From UHGV virus genome UHGV-1363143: a DNA stretch of 64,000 nucleotides; one strand, written 5' to 3'. Positions 27,368-37,603 of the stretch are shown one piece after another; position 1 is the first letter of the stretch; every line of letters begins with the position of its first letter. The position numbers were made by a program, and so were the translations under genes. The notes under the pieces were generated by a model. That model was not told the origin of the DNA. It did no database searches and saw only the letters and a list, made by a program, of their open reading frames with translations. The stretch comes from a virus.

Positions 27368-29026
27368 ATGGCTTTACACCCAAGTAAATTTAACGGACAA
27401 TTTAAGCTACAACCAGGTGCAAGAGGCGAAAAATTCAAAGCTAATCTGCCAGGTTATAGAAATGACGAAGAAAGAATAAACAGATCTAATATAAAATTAA
27501 ATCATAATGAACATGATACTCCAAATATAAAGTATATGTTCGATGATAGACTTCCAGTATTATTCAGATATGGATATTCTTATGGATTCAATCAAATAGT
27601 AATTCCAAAAGGAAGAATAGTTGCAGTTGATCCATTCAAGGATATGGTAGACTTCGATATGCAAAAGGCTCATAACACTATGACTTTAGCAAATGGTGGT
27701 GCTCCAGTAAAAATCAGAACTGCTGCTGACAAGTACAAAGACTATTCAGGAGCTGCTGAAAAGCTAGTTTCTACAGAAGCTCAAGGTGCTGCTTTAGCTA
27801 ATGCAGATATAGAATGGATGCCAATCATAGGAATGGAAGAAGCTTATTCAGAATTATCTTACAGACCATTTAAGACAGCTGGTCCAATAAAACAATTAGA
27901 TGACGCTGGATTTGAAATAGATCCTGAAAGAGGATATGTAGTAGATAAGTCTTCTAAAGAAATAGTAGATGTAATCCCAGGAAATCATCCAATAGGAATG
28001 TTAATCAGAAATGAATATACAAGAGATGAAGATGCTTACAATGGAATGGCTCCAGGAGCAGTTAATACAGATTGCTTAGTTGAATTACCTTGGTTTGCTT
28101 ACAAAGATAAAGCAGAAGGAAATCCATGGGGTTCAGCATACGGCGGATTATTCCCAGGTGCATTAGTTAAAGCAGATGAAAATGGTAGAGTTATTGTTTC
28201 TCCATTATCATACGAAACAGAAGTTGCTGACATGTCAATCTCAGAATATGAGTTAGAAAGACAACAAGTAATTGGACAAGTTTATGCTGTATCAACAGAA
28301 ATGGTTCCAGAAGGTGCTGCTAAGTGGGCAACATGGGCATTATCAGACAGACTAAACTTTGAAGATTTCAATCCTCAAGAATGGCCAGAAAATAACAGAA
28401 GAGGCGAAGATGCTATAGCAAGAAGCCCTTACAAGTCAACTGGTAAATATCCAGGATACCCTTATGAAAAAGGATATGGTGCACATGATCTTCATATGTT
28501 AGGTGGAACTAGAACTAACTATGATCAAAGATTACAACATCAATATCAATACGAAAACTTAGGAATCCCAGGATTAACAGATGGTTACAATGCTGTTAAG
28601 AGAAGCTACGATGCAGTAGAAATAGGACAATTAAGATTCGTTAAGGACATGACAGAATCTATGGATTTATTCTTCAGATTCCCAGAAGTTAAGATTGAAG
28701 ATATGGAAATTGCAATCGGTTCTAAAGCTGATGATAAGTTTGTTCCACTTGTAGAAAAAGGATTAATTTCAGCTTATAGTGGAGAAGAAAAAGCTACAGA
28801 TGTTATTGAAGCTAAATACGTAGATGGATTACAAGGATTATTCGTAATCAATATTAAGGATTTAACTGAAGCAAATAGATTTGCTGAAGCTGTAATTCCT
28901 GAAGGTGAAAATGCTATCGAATTACCTGTATTCGTTAGATTCAAAAAGAGAGGATTAGCAGGAGTTCCTACATTTATGGATTGGGAAGGCTGCGTAGGTT
29001 CAGTTAAAGTATTACTTCAAAAATAA
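27368..29026 (+). CDS. major capsid protein candidate (T4 gp23-sized)
   Basis: 552-aa ORF in the capsid position, followed by a strong GC hairpin; no explicit motif match. Confidence 0.5.
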   Translation: MALHPSKFNGQFKLQPGARGEKFKANLPGYRNDEERINRSNIKLNHNEHDTPNIKYMFDDRLPVLFRYGYSYGFNQIVIPKGRIVAVDPFKDMVDFDMQKAHNTMTLANGGAPVKIRTAADKYKDYSGAAEKLVSTEAQGAALANADIEWMPIIGMEEAYSELSYRPFKTAGPIKQLDDAGFEIDPERGYVVDKSSKEIVDVIPGNHPIGMLIRNEYTRDEDAYNGMAPGAVNTDCLVELPWFAYKDKAEGNPWGSAYGGLFPGALVKADENGRVIVSPLSYETEVADMSISEYELERQQVIGQVYAVSTEMVPEGAAKWATWALSDRLNFEDFNPQEWPENNRRGEDAIARSPYKSTGKYPGYPYEKGYGAHDLHMLGGTRTNYDQRLQHQYQYENLGIPGLTDGYNAVKRSYDAVEIGQLRFVKDMTESMDLFFRFPEVKIEDMEIAIGSKADDKFVPLVEKGLISAYSGEEKATDVIEAKYVDGLQGLFVINIKDLTEANRFAEAVIPEGENAIELPVFVRFKKRGLAGVPTFMDWEGCVGSVKVLLQK

Positions 29027-29053
29027 TTATACTCAATTAAAGCAGAAGTGTGT

Positions 29054-29067
29054 GGGGGAGTCCCCCC
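29054..29067 (+). promoter_or_regulatory. GC hairpin GGGGG-AGT-CCCCC(C) (3-nt loop) downstream of the capsid gene
   Basis: Perfect 5-6 bp G:C stem; no T-run. Confidence 0.4.
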
Positions 29068-29071
29068 ATCC

Positions 29072-29087
29072 AACTCTGCGTGAAATA
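29072..29087 (+). promoter_or_regulatory. conserved 16-nt intergenic motif AACTCTGCGTGAAATA (copy 1)
   Basis: Identical 16-mer recurs at 38266-38281 immediately after the tail tube gene. Confidence 0.5.
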
Positions 29088-29128
29088 TGAAATTAACTAA
29101 TGAATAGATATAGAGGAGGACACCTAAG

Positions 29129-30337
29129 ATGAACTTAAGTGAACAAATAGTAAATTTAAAGGCTTTAAGAAAAGCTACTGAGTTAAAAGAAAATGCTGGT
29201 GAAAAGCCAAGATTATCTTCTAAAGCTATTGCAACATATGAAATGGCTGCTAGAAACTTAATGGGAGATTATTCTCAAGGAAAAGTTAATGTAAGCGAAA
29301 GTTTAACAAGCACTGACGCAATCAAGATGATTCCTAAGATTATAGAAGGACAACTTCGTGAAGCTTCAGAACCTGAATATCTTGGAACAAGATTTATGCA
29401 CCAAGTAAATGTAGAAGGTTCTAACAATTCTGCAGTATATGTAATACCTGTAGTAGGAGAATTAATTGCTAGTGAAGTAAATGAAGGTGGAAGATACAAT
29501 GAAGACCAAGTTGAATTCAACACTATCGAAAACAGCCAATTAGAAGTAAGAGTTAAGAAGATTGGTCTTAAAGTATCTGTAACTGAAGAAGCTATATCAG
29601 ATAGCTCATGGGATATCATGGGTATCAACATCAGAAAGATGGGTAGAGCAATGGCTAGATATAAAGAAGAATGGATATTTAATACTTTCTCAAGCCACGG
29701 ACATACTATCTTTGATAATGAAATCAGAGATCAAATCCCTGAAGCAGGAACAACTGGTTTCGACCAAAATGGAGAATACAATGATACTTTATCAGTAGAA
29801 GATTTCATTGATATCGTATTAGCATTAATGAGCAATGGCTTCACTCCTACAGATGTAATTATGCACCCTCTAGTATGGTTAGTATTTGCTAGAAATAGCA
29901 TGATAGGCAATGGTTTAACATTTGGAGCTCTAGGTGGACAAAACGTACATCAATGGGGACAAGTTCAAGGTACTCCAGGATTCGCTGGATTAAGTGCTAA
30001 CGGAGAAGGTCAAAAGTATATCTTAAGACCAGAGCAAGTACAAAATAGATTACCAATGCCATTAACTGTTAACTTCTCACCATTTGTTAACTTTGATAAG
30101 ATCAACAAGAAGTTCGATATGTATTGCTTAGACAGAACTGAAGTTGGTGTTATTGTACAAAAAGAAGGATTAAGTACAGAAAACTGGACAGATCCAGAAA
30201 GAGACTTAAGAAACCTTAAGTGTAAAGAAAGATACGGTATAGGTATATTAAATAACGGTAAGGCAATAACTGTAGCTAAGAATATAGCTGTTGCACCATC
30301 TTACCCTCAAGCACCAGTAATAAAGATTGCACAATAA
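29129..30337 (+). CDS. HK97-fold capsid-type protein (second capsid/vertex protein, T4 gp24-like position)
   Basis: 402 aa. Region EEAISDSSWDIMGINIRKMGRAMARYKEEWIFN resembles the conserved core of the Phage_capsid/HK97 family as remembered. Gene order mirrors T4 gp23-gp24. Confidence 0.45.
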   Translation: MNLSEQIVNLKALRKATELKENAGEKPRLSSKAIATYEMAARNLMGDYSQGKVNVSESLTSTDAIKMIPKIIEGQLREASEPEYLGTRFMHQVNVEGSNNSAVYVIPVVGELIASEVNEGGRYNEDQVEFNTIENSQLEVRVKKIGLKVSVTEEAISDSSWDIMGINIRKMGRAMARYKEEWIFNTFSSHGHTIFDNEIRDQIPEAGTTGFDQNGEYNDTLSVEDFIDIVLALMSNGFTPTDVIMHPLVWLVFARNSMIGNGLTFGALGGQNVHQWGQVQGTPGFAGLSANGEGQKYILRPEQVQNRLPMPLTVNFSPFVNFDKINKKFDMYCLDRTEVGVIVQKEGLSTENWTDPERDLRNLKCKERYGIGILNNGKAITVAKNIAVAPSYPQAPVIKIAQ

Positions 30338-30365
30338 TCAATGAATTGAAAGGAGCGAAAGTATT

Positions 30366-30866
30366 ATGACACATATAGCTGTTGTAACACTAGCTCCTGG
30401 TCAAGTTGGTTTTTATGATGATTTAAGCGGAATACATTTAAGTTTAACTAATACTGAAGCTAGTATAACAGAAGGAATGAATACTGCTGGATTAGTTAAT
30501 GCAGTTAAAGCTGGTAAGATAACAGTTGTCTCAGGCTCTTTAGGCACTGAGACATTTGTTTATCAAGAAGCTGCTCAATGTATGCCAACTTATTATAGAT
30601 TATTAGAAAAGAAGAAAATAAAAGCGCTTAAGAATCAAATGATAAAACCAGTTCAGATCAGTGAGCCAAAAGTAGAAAATCCAATCAAGGATGAAAAGGT
30701 TAAAATTACAGAACCTGCTGAGGAACCAAAAGCTGCTGAAATTGTAAAAGAAGAAGTAGTTGAGGTTAAGGAAGAGGTAGCTGAAGTAAAAAAAGAAGCT
30801 CCTGCTCCTAAGAAAAGAACTAGAAAAAAGAAAGAAGTAGTTGCTGAAGAAGTTAAGGAGGACTAA
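30366..30866 (+). CDS. structural protein with K/E-rich C-terminal tail
   Basis: 166-aa ORF. C-terminal KEEVVEVKEEVAEVKKEAPAPKKRTRKKK suggests a decoration or nucleic-acid-binding tail. Confidence 0.45.
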   Translation: MTHIAVVTLAPGQVGFYDDLSGIHLSLTNTEASITEGMNTAGLVNAVKAGKITVVSGSLGTETFVYQEAAQCMPTYYRLLEKKKIKALKNQMIKPVQISEPKVENPIKDEKVKITEPAEEPKAAEIVKEEVVEVKEEVAEVKKEAPAPKKRTRKKKEVVAEEVKED

Positions 30867-30869
30867 AAA

Positions 30870-31667
30870 ATGTATCAAGACTTTAGTGTTATAGCAATAG
30901 AGCCAAACTATGCTGAAAAGAAGATAATAGTTAACACTAGTTTTGATATTGATCCTGACTCTGTAGATGAAAGAACAATACAACTTTTTAGCAAAGCAAA
31001 TAGATGTGATGCTAATATTGACTTCGAAGTTAAAGATAAAACTATAACAGTTTTAATAAAAGAAGATATTGTTCCAAATACTAACTACATTATAAAAATA
31101 ACTGGAATTAAAACTATTCTTGGAGATGTACTTGTTACAGGAGTTAGAAGAACAATAACTTTTAAATCCATGATTAGAGAAATTCCATATATCATTAGTC
31201 CATCAGACTATGAGGAAATAGTTGATTTAAAGGTTACATTAAAAGCTATCTTAGAAGATGAGGAGTTCGAAAGTTTAGAAGATAAATCTTACTTCATTCA
31301 GATTGCTGAAGATGTAGCCTTTATTAATGTAGTTTTAGAAACAAGAACTAGTGAATCTACAGTTAATTTAAAAGATTTAAAGGCAGGTCAATATTATATT
31401 AGAGCTAGAGTAGAAGCATTAACCGAAGGTGTTAAGGACTTTGGAAAATGGTCAGATGTCATTTCATTTATTAGTCTAAAAGATCTAGTGCATGAAGAAT
31501 GCCCAGATGAGGATGAAGATGATGACGAACCTGTATTTATTGAAGATATAAATTTAATTGGAAAACCAGTAAACGGAGAAACTCCTGAATCAATTCTTTT
31601 AGAATTCTCTGGAGAAGTAGATCCTGATTTTATAGATAACATAATTGTTATAAGGAGGGATATCTAG
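30870..31667 (+). CDS. hypothetical structural protein
   Basis: 265-aa ORF; acidic C-terminus. Confidence 0.45.
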   Translation: MYQDFSVIAIEPNYAEKKIIVNTSFDIDPDSVDERTIQLFSKANRCDANIDFEVKDKTITVLIKEDIVPNTNYIIKITGIKTILGDVLVTGVRRTITFKSMIREIPYIISPSDYEEIVDLKVTLKAILEDEEFESLEDKSYFIQIAEDVAFINVVLETRTSESTVNLKDLKAGQYYIRARVEALTEGVKDFGKWSDVISFISLKDLVHEECPDEDEDDDEPVFIEDINLIGKPVNGETPESILLEFSGEVDPDFIDNIIVIRRDI

Positions 31668-32341
31668 TGGCCACTGAGAGAGTTAAATTCGATATTAAGG
31701 TATTTGATAATTTTATAGAAATAATTCCTAGAGATGGAGTTAAAGATAATTCTATCTATGAAATTAAATTAAAAGGAATAAAGCCTCTAAATGATGGCTC
31801 TTACATTGGAGATGAAAATGTAAAGATAGTTACAGCTATGGATCCTATGTATTGTTCAATTATGGATGTTTCGTCTTTATTAGATGTAGTAGATATTCCA
31901 GAGGATATTGTTCTATATAACATACGAGAAGCTTCCAGATATGCTTCATATATTTACGAAACAACATTTATAAATAAGAAAATTAATGTAAAAAATATAC
32001 CTTTTGCCGTTAAAGAGTTTACAAGATATAAAGCTGCAAAAGATTGTTTACTTAAAATATATATGTCTCTAGTGACTGATAATGTAGTTGAAGGAACTTT
32101 GGGAGAAGTTAAATTCAAAACAAGAGATCAACTACCTGATATTAAAAAGATATTAGACTACTTAGATCATGAAATAAAGAAATGGCTAGATTCAATAAGG
32201 GGCTACGATTTAGAAGGAAGAGCCAAGATGAAGAGTGCTATAAGAGGATATCATCATGGCGGTAGAAATCCTATTGCTAGTCTTGAGAAGAGTAAGACTC
32301 CTAAAGGAGTTCCATTGAGCATGAATAGAGGTGTCTATTAA
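31667..32341 (+). CDS. hypothetical structural protein (head-tail joining region)
   Basis: 224-aa ORF, translationally coupled (ATGA/TAATG overlaps). Confidence 0.45.
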   Translation: MATERVKFDIKVFDNFIEIIPRDGVKDNSIYEIKLKGIKPLNDGSYIGDENVKIVTAMDPMYCSIMDVSSLLDVVDIPEDIVLYNIREASRYASYIYETTFINKKINVKNIPFAVKEFTRYKAAKDCLLKIYMSLVTDNVVEGTLGEVKFKTRDQLPDIKKILDYLDHEIKKWLDSIRGYDLEGRAKMKSAIRGYHHGGRNPIASLEKSKTPKGVPLSMNRGVY

Positions 32342-32796
32342 TGAGTTTATCTACAAAATTAAATAATAAGATTTTAGATATGATAAAAAGACATTCTTAT
32401 GAAATGTACTATATTACAAGAAATTTAAAACTTAGATGTACGTGTATTACACATGAAACCAAACAAGCTGATCCTATGTGCCCTAAATGTCTGGGCACAG
32501 GATATAAGATAACTATTAGAAAGATTAAAGCCGCTGCACAAGATACAAAACTTCCACCAACATTTAGAAGCGATAAATTTATAGTTGCAAGAAATTTCTT
32601 TCTTAATAGCAGTATTAATTGTAAAGAAGATGACATTATAGTTGATAAAGATAATGTGTATATGGTATTAGAAATTCAAGAATTATTATCTCTTGAAGGA
32701 ACCATTCCGTATAGAAAAATTAGTGGAGTTAAAAAGAAATTTGATACAACTAAGTTTATGGACAACTTCAATAATATTATCAGGACTAGAAAGTAG
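32341..32796 (+). CDS. hypothetical protein with CxC ... CPKC zinc-ribbon
   Basis: 151-aa ORF, Cys pairs CTC and CPKC. Confidence 0.45.
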   Translation: MSLSTKLNNKILDMIKRHSYEMYYITRNLKLRCTCITHETKQADPMCPKCLGTGYKITIRKIKAAAQDTKLPPTFRSDKFIVARNFFLNSSINCKEDDIIVDKDNVYMVLEIQELLSLEGTIPYRKISGVKKKFDTTKFMDNFNNIIRTRK

Positions 32797-32804
32797 GTGA
32801 GCTA

Positions 32805-33851
32805 ATGATAACTATGCAGTCATATAGCCAGGGAAATAAAAATTCATTGATGGCTGATATAGGACAAGATAATTCCATATTAATCATTGGAAGAGGATTT
32901 GATGAAAGTAAATTAAATGAAATATTTAAACCATCAAGCATATGGGAAATGGAGAGTATTTATGGAGATTCTGAATTAACTATGGCCTATACGGAAGCAA
33001 AAAGAAATGGAGCAAACAATGTATTTGTAATGAACTGTCTTAAGACAACAGATTTTATAGATAGTATTCAATATGTTAGACATTATAATTTTTCATATAT
33101 AGTGCCTATAGGAATTAAATTATCTGATAAATTTTATAGTTCAGAACAAGATAAAGAAGTTTACTTTGCAGAACATTATTTAAATGAATTCAGTAAGTTC
33201 ACTAATAGCTTAATTATATTTACTGATGAACACGCAGACCTATATGAAAATATAAATAACTATCTTTATGATATGAGAACAAAAGTAGAAAATTTTAAAG
33301 AATCCACATATTACTTGTTAAGTAACTATGGAAGAAATTTTGCTTTTTGCTTAAATAATTTGCAATATGAAGATTACTCAAATGTAATTCTTGCCACAGT
33401 CCTTAGTAGGACCAAACCTGGCTCATATCCTGAAACAATTAAGAACAAAGCTATTTTTGATTTAGATAGCGAAGATATTTTTACACCTGAAATTATATAT
33501 TTCAAAAATAATCTACATACAGACACATCTATAGAAAATCTAAAAAATTTCAGAACAATCTTTGATGCCAATAAATTAATCTCAGTGGATAGGGTAATAA
33601 AACATATAGAACGAACACTAGATACTTCGTTTGTACTTGGAAAATTGTACAACCAATATGTAGAAATGATGTTACATGATTATTTAGATTCTTTCTTTAG
33701 AAGATTATTAGAAACTGCAATAAGAAACTACTGCATAAAGAATATTCGATTTGTAAGAGCTGAAGCTACATCAGGTTACATCACTGTAGATATTGATATA
33801 CATCCAATAAATTCACTAGAACAAATAAACACATTATTGGAGGTGAAGTAA
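32805..33851 (+). CDS. hypothetical structural protein
   Basis: 348-aa ORF. Confidence 0.45.
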   Translation: MITMQSYSQGNKNSLMADIGQDNSILIIGRGFDESKLNEIFKPSSIWEMESIYGDSELTMAYTEAKRNGANNVFVMNCLKTTDFIDSIQYVRHYNFSYIVPIGIKLSDKFYSSEQDKEVYFAEHYLNEFSKFTNSLIIFTDEHADLYENINNYLYDMRTKVENFKESTYYLLSNYGRNFAFCLNNLQYEDYSNVILATVLSRTKPGSYPETIKNKAIFDLDSEDIFTPEIIYFKNNLHTDTSIENLKNFRTIFDANKLISVDRVIKHIERTLDTSFVLGKLYNQYVEMMLHDYLDSFFRRLLETAIRNYCIKNIRFVRAEATSGYITVDIDIHPINSLEQINTLLEVK

Positions 33852-34504
33852 TGGCATATTCTGACTTTGAAAGCATGCTAATGAAACATTCAGAAAATAT
33901 GAGTACCATGCATTATAACGAATATAAGGAAATGGAGAATGGAGTTCACGATAGTCAGATATTAACGGCTGATAAAAGTGCTTCTCTATTTGACTTCATA
34001 AAAATGATAGATAAATTAGTTTCAATAACTATGAAGGATTTAAAAGTTACCTTCATTCCTGATGAAGGAAAAGTTGTCTATCTATCAAATGACCAGAGAT
34101 TAGATAATCCAATCATAACGTATAAGCTAATATCTAGAAGACCAAAAGGTGAAATAAAACCAAGATTCAGAGAAGATTTTATGGAATCTAAAGATGGTAA
34201 GACAAGCAGAGTTGGCGAAATATACGGACAAAAATTTAAGTGTCAGATACAATTCAATATTTTTGCAAGTGTATATGAGGTCGCAGAACAAGTAATGGAA
34301 AGATTCGAAGACCTAATGATAACTTATGCTGGCTACTTCAAAAAAAATGGAGTCGCTGAGTTACTGTTTGATCAACAATATACAGATCAAGCGTTTGAGA
34401 CAATGAGACAAACTTTGTCAATTAGAAATATCTCTTATTATGTAGAAGTTGAAAAACTTACAGTAATAATGAGAGAGAGTATTAAAGCAATCGAAACTTA
34501 TTAA
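33851..34504 (+). CDS. hypothetical protein upstream of sheath (tail completion/terminator candidate)
   Basis: 217-aa ORF, coupled to neighbours. Confidence 0.45.
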   Translation: MAYSDFESMLMKHSENMSTMHYNEYKEMENGVHDSQILTADKSASLFDFIKMIDKLVSITMKDLKVTFIPDEGKVVYLSNDQRLDNPIITYKLISRRPKGEIKPRFREDFMESKDGKTSRVGEIYGQKFKCQIQFNIFASVYEVAEQVMERFEDLMITYAGYFKKNGVAELLFDQQYTDQAFETMRQTLSIRNISYYVEVEKLTVIMRESIKAIETY

Positions 34505-34530
34505 TGGATAAAAACAAAGGAGGAACAAAG

Positions 34531-37500
34531 ATGAGCGTTTTCGATCAAGAATTAATTTTACCTGGTGTTGTTACAGATATTTTATCTGATTACAGTGCAG
34601 GGTATGACACAAGCCAATTTGGAACTACAGACTCAGTTGCAATATTAGGAACTGCTTTTAATGGACCTGTTGGAAAACCTGTAAAGATTTATAGCCCTGA
34701 ACATGCAAAATATGTGTTTGGTTCAGCATTTGATTTCCAAACTAGAAGAGAAGCTACATTGGTAGCAGAAATTCAAGATGCATGGGATAGAGGATGTAGA
34801 ACAATTTACGCTGTTAGAGTTAGTGGAAAGGAAATACATAAAGACTTCCAATTAGCTTCAGATGCAGATTGTAAATTAAGAGTAAGCGGAATTTTCCCAA
34901 ACAATGATAATAAAAATGTATTCTTTGAATTCGATGCAGTTGATACTTTATCTGAAGTTGCAAATGGAGCAGAGCCTACTATTAAAATATACAAGCCTGC
35001 TACAAGAGCTACTATTGAAGAAAAGATGTTAGGAAAAGTTGTTAAAGAAAATTCAGTATTAGTAAATAGCGTTAAGTTAAGAAGCAACTGGAATGTAAGT
35101 GAAACTACTAGACTAGTTGATTTCATTGATCTATTTAATGAATACAGATATAACAATGTTTTAAGATTATCAATAGTTGATGGAGAAGGAAATGATATTA
35201 CAGAAACTCCTGTAGCTCAAGGTTTAGCATTCGGAGATTTATTCCCTGGAATCTACTTCATTGGAAGAGATAAGAACTCAGCTAAAATAATCGCTAAAAC
35301 AGAAATGGAAACAAGATTCGTTCCTGAAGAAGATAAGCATACTATTTATGAAAACTTCGCAGGCAACATCTTTAAGACTTTAAAAGTTAATACAGATATT
35401 ACAAAGGATCTACCAATCTACCATAAAGATGTTACTGAACTTAATAGATTAATCAGCAAAGTTGAAGATGTAACAATGGTTAAATTATTTGACTTCTTAG
35501 AAGTACCAGGAAAAGTAGATTTAATCTGGGCAAAAGATAAAGTTGATTATGAAGAAGTTGCAGTAGACGACTTTGACATGTACAAGAGATTAGGTTCAGG
35601 ATATGCTACATCAGCTAAAATCGTTGAAACTAAAGAAGGTACAGGGGTTTATAAAGTTGTTGAAGTGACTAGTGATAATGACGTGAATAGAGTTATTCCT
35701 ATTAATGATGGTATATACTCAATGCTTGAAAACTTAAGAGCTGACTACAGAGTTCTTGCAGGTAAATATGCTGATATAGAAATCAAAGGAAAGCTTCCTA
35801 AGAAAGCAGAGTTCTTAGTATCAAATCCTAAATCATCATCAATATTCTCAGAAACAGTAAGGGTTGTTCCAAAGCTAGATGTAAAAGACCTTTCAACAGT
35901 ATCTAAAAACTATAAGTTCATTCTTAAATCTTTAGAAGAAGATTCAATAATCTTATCAAGTGATGCTGTAATTGAAACTTTATATAAGAAAAATGGAAGC
36001 TATGTAGTATCTGAATATATTCATGAAGTAGACGAAATAGAAGGCTTAGATGCTAAACAATATAAAGAAGGGGACTTAGTTTTAGCTGATGCTAAAATGC
36101 ACAGAGTAGTAAATGGTGCTTTTGTTTGTCTTGATGATATAGCTATTTATAAATCAGAATTCGCTGGCAAATTATTTGTAAGCAATAAGATGATTTACCA
36201 AGTTGATGAAAGTTCAAATGACAAATTAACATTCATCGAATTAGTTGATGTTAATGAATTAGGCGGAGCTACATTAATGAACGTTAATATAGATGGACAA
36301 GTTGTTGTATTTAGCATAGAAACAGAAGAAGAACTTGTTAAATCAGTTACTCCTATTGCTTCATTAAGCGATATCCTAGAAGAATCTTCAAGCATGTTCA
36401 CAGTTATAACTCCAGTTTCAGTTGAAGGAAAAGTAGTTAATGAAGTGGAAATCAAGGCATTAAACTTAGAAGCTACTTCACTTGGAGAATTAATAATATC
36501 AATGAATGAAGATGCTGTATTAGGTAAAATGTTCGAGTTTGACTTAGATCCAGGTCTAGCAGAATTAGTTAGATATATTCCAGTACTAGGTGTTACAGAA
36601 GATGATGAATCTGTATTCGGAGTTGCTGTAGATGGAGTTGTAGACGTTGAGTCTAATAAAATTAACTCAGCTAAAGGAAACCCAACAATCGTTGACAGAG
36701 GTCTTCCAGTATATGATAAATCATTATATTTACCATTCAAGACTACAGATAACTTTGCTAGACACTTAGCTCAACACTGTGTTTATACAGGATTAAAAAC
36801 TGCTCCTACTCATGGTGTTATAGGATGTTCTAAGTTAATGACTGCTAACTTAAAAACTGTTTCAGACAGAGTAGACAAGTTAGTAGGATTAGATCTTAAC
36901 CTATATGCTAAGAGACCAAATGGAAATGATATGTTAGATAAAAATAACTTACCATATCCAATCGGAAGAGGTATATCAGTAACATTCTTCCAAAACAAAG
37001 TTGAAACAGGAGATAACTACACTTATGTAAGTGTTGGTGCTTCAGGTTATGCAGGTATGGTTTCTACTTTACCAATCGACCAATCTTCAACTTCTCAACC
37101 AATAAATATAGATACAACTACTTTCGAGTTAAATAACTATCAATTAGGAAGATTAACTCAAGCTGGTTTCGTAACTGTAAAGAATAGCTACACTCAAGGT
37201 TATGTAATAACAGATGGTGTAACAATGGCTCCAGTAACTTCTCCATTCAGAAGATTAGCTGTAACAAGAATAGTTAATGGAATTGATGAAGCAATCAGAG
37301 CAGCTGCTGAACCATTTATTGGAAAGCAAAATCACTTAGCTAATAGAAACTCTCTTCAAACAGCTATTAAGTCTTCATTAGATAAAATGGTAAATCAACT
37401 TATCGAAAAATATGACTTCAAGCTTATAGTAGATAGAGCTGCTGAAAGAATGGGTATTATCGAAATTGAATACACAATCATTCCAATCTACGAAATCAGA

Positions 37501-37539
37501 GAAGTTAGAAATAGGCTATCAGTAAAAGACAATCAATAA
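34531..37539 (+). CDS. tail sheath protein, unusually large (about 1000 aa)
   Basis: N-terminal ILGTAFNGPVGKPVKIYSPEHAKYVFG is typical of sheath N-termini. C-terminal 250 aa (GVIGCSKLMTANL ... GFVTVKNSYTQGYVITDGVTMAP ... RIVNGIDEAIR) resembles the sheath C-terminal domain. AAGGAGG precedes the ATG at 34531. Confidence 0.8.
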   Translation: MSVFDQELILPGVVTDILSDYSAGYDTSQFGTTDSVAILGTAFNGPVGKPVKIYSPEHAKYVFGSAFDFQTRREATLVAEIQDAWDRGCRTIYAVRVSGKEIHKDFQLASDADCKLRVSGIFPNNDNKNVFFEFDAVDTLSEVANGAEPTIKIYKPATRATIEEKMLGKVVKENSVLVNSVKLRSNWNVSETTRLVDFIDLFNEYRYNNVLRLSIVDGEGNDITETPVAQGLAFGDLFPGIYFIGRDKNSAKIIAKTEMETRFVPEEDKHTIYENFAGNIFKTLKVNTDITKDLPIYHKDVTELNRLISKVEDVTMVKLFDFLEVPGKVDLIWAKDKVDYEEVAVDDFDMYKRLGSGYATSAKIVETKEGTGVYKVVEVTSDNDVNRVIPINDGIYSMLENLRADYRVLAGKYADIEIKGKLPKKAEFLVSNPKSSSIFSETVRVVPKLDVKDLSTVSKNYKFILKSLEEDSIILSSDAVIETLYKKNGSYVVSEYIHEVDEIEGLDAKQYKEGDLVLADAKMHRVVNGAFVCLDDIAIYKSEFAGKLFVSNKMIYQVDESSNDKLTFIELVDVNELGGATLMNVNIDGQVVVFSIETEEELVKSVTPIASLSDILEESSSMFTVITPVSVEGKVVNEVEIKALNLEATSLGELIISMNEDAVLGKMFEFDLDPGLAELVRYIPVLGVTEDDESVFGVAVDGVVDVESNKINSAKGNPTIVDRGLPVYDKSLYLPFKTTDNFARHLAQHCVYTGLKTAPTHGVIGCSKLMTANLKTVSDRVDKLVGLDLNLYAKRPNGNDMLDKNNLPYPIGRGISVTFFQNKVETGDNYTYVSVGASGYAGMVSTLPIDQSSTSQPINIDTTTFELNNYQLGRLTQAGFVTVKNSYTQGYVITDGVTMAPVTSPFRRLAVTRIVNGIDEAIRAAAEPFIGKQNHLANRNSLQTAIKSSLDKMVNQLIEKYDFKLIVDRAAERMGIIEIEYTIIPIYEIREVRNRLSVKDNQ

Positions 37540-37550
37540 TCATTTGAGGT

Positions 37551-37567
37551 AGGGGGAGTGTCCCCCT
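37551..37567 (+). promoter_or_regulatory. GC hairpin AGGGGGA-GTG-TCCCCCT (7-bp stem, 3-nt loop) downstream of the sheath gene
   Basis: Perfect stem, same design as the 29054 hairpin; no T-run. Confidence 0.4.
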
Positions 37568-37603
37568 CCTCTTAACATAATAAAACATTAAGGAGTGAAA
37601 TAA

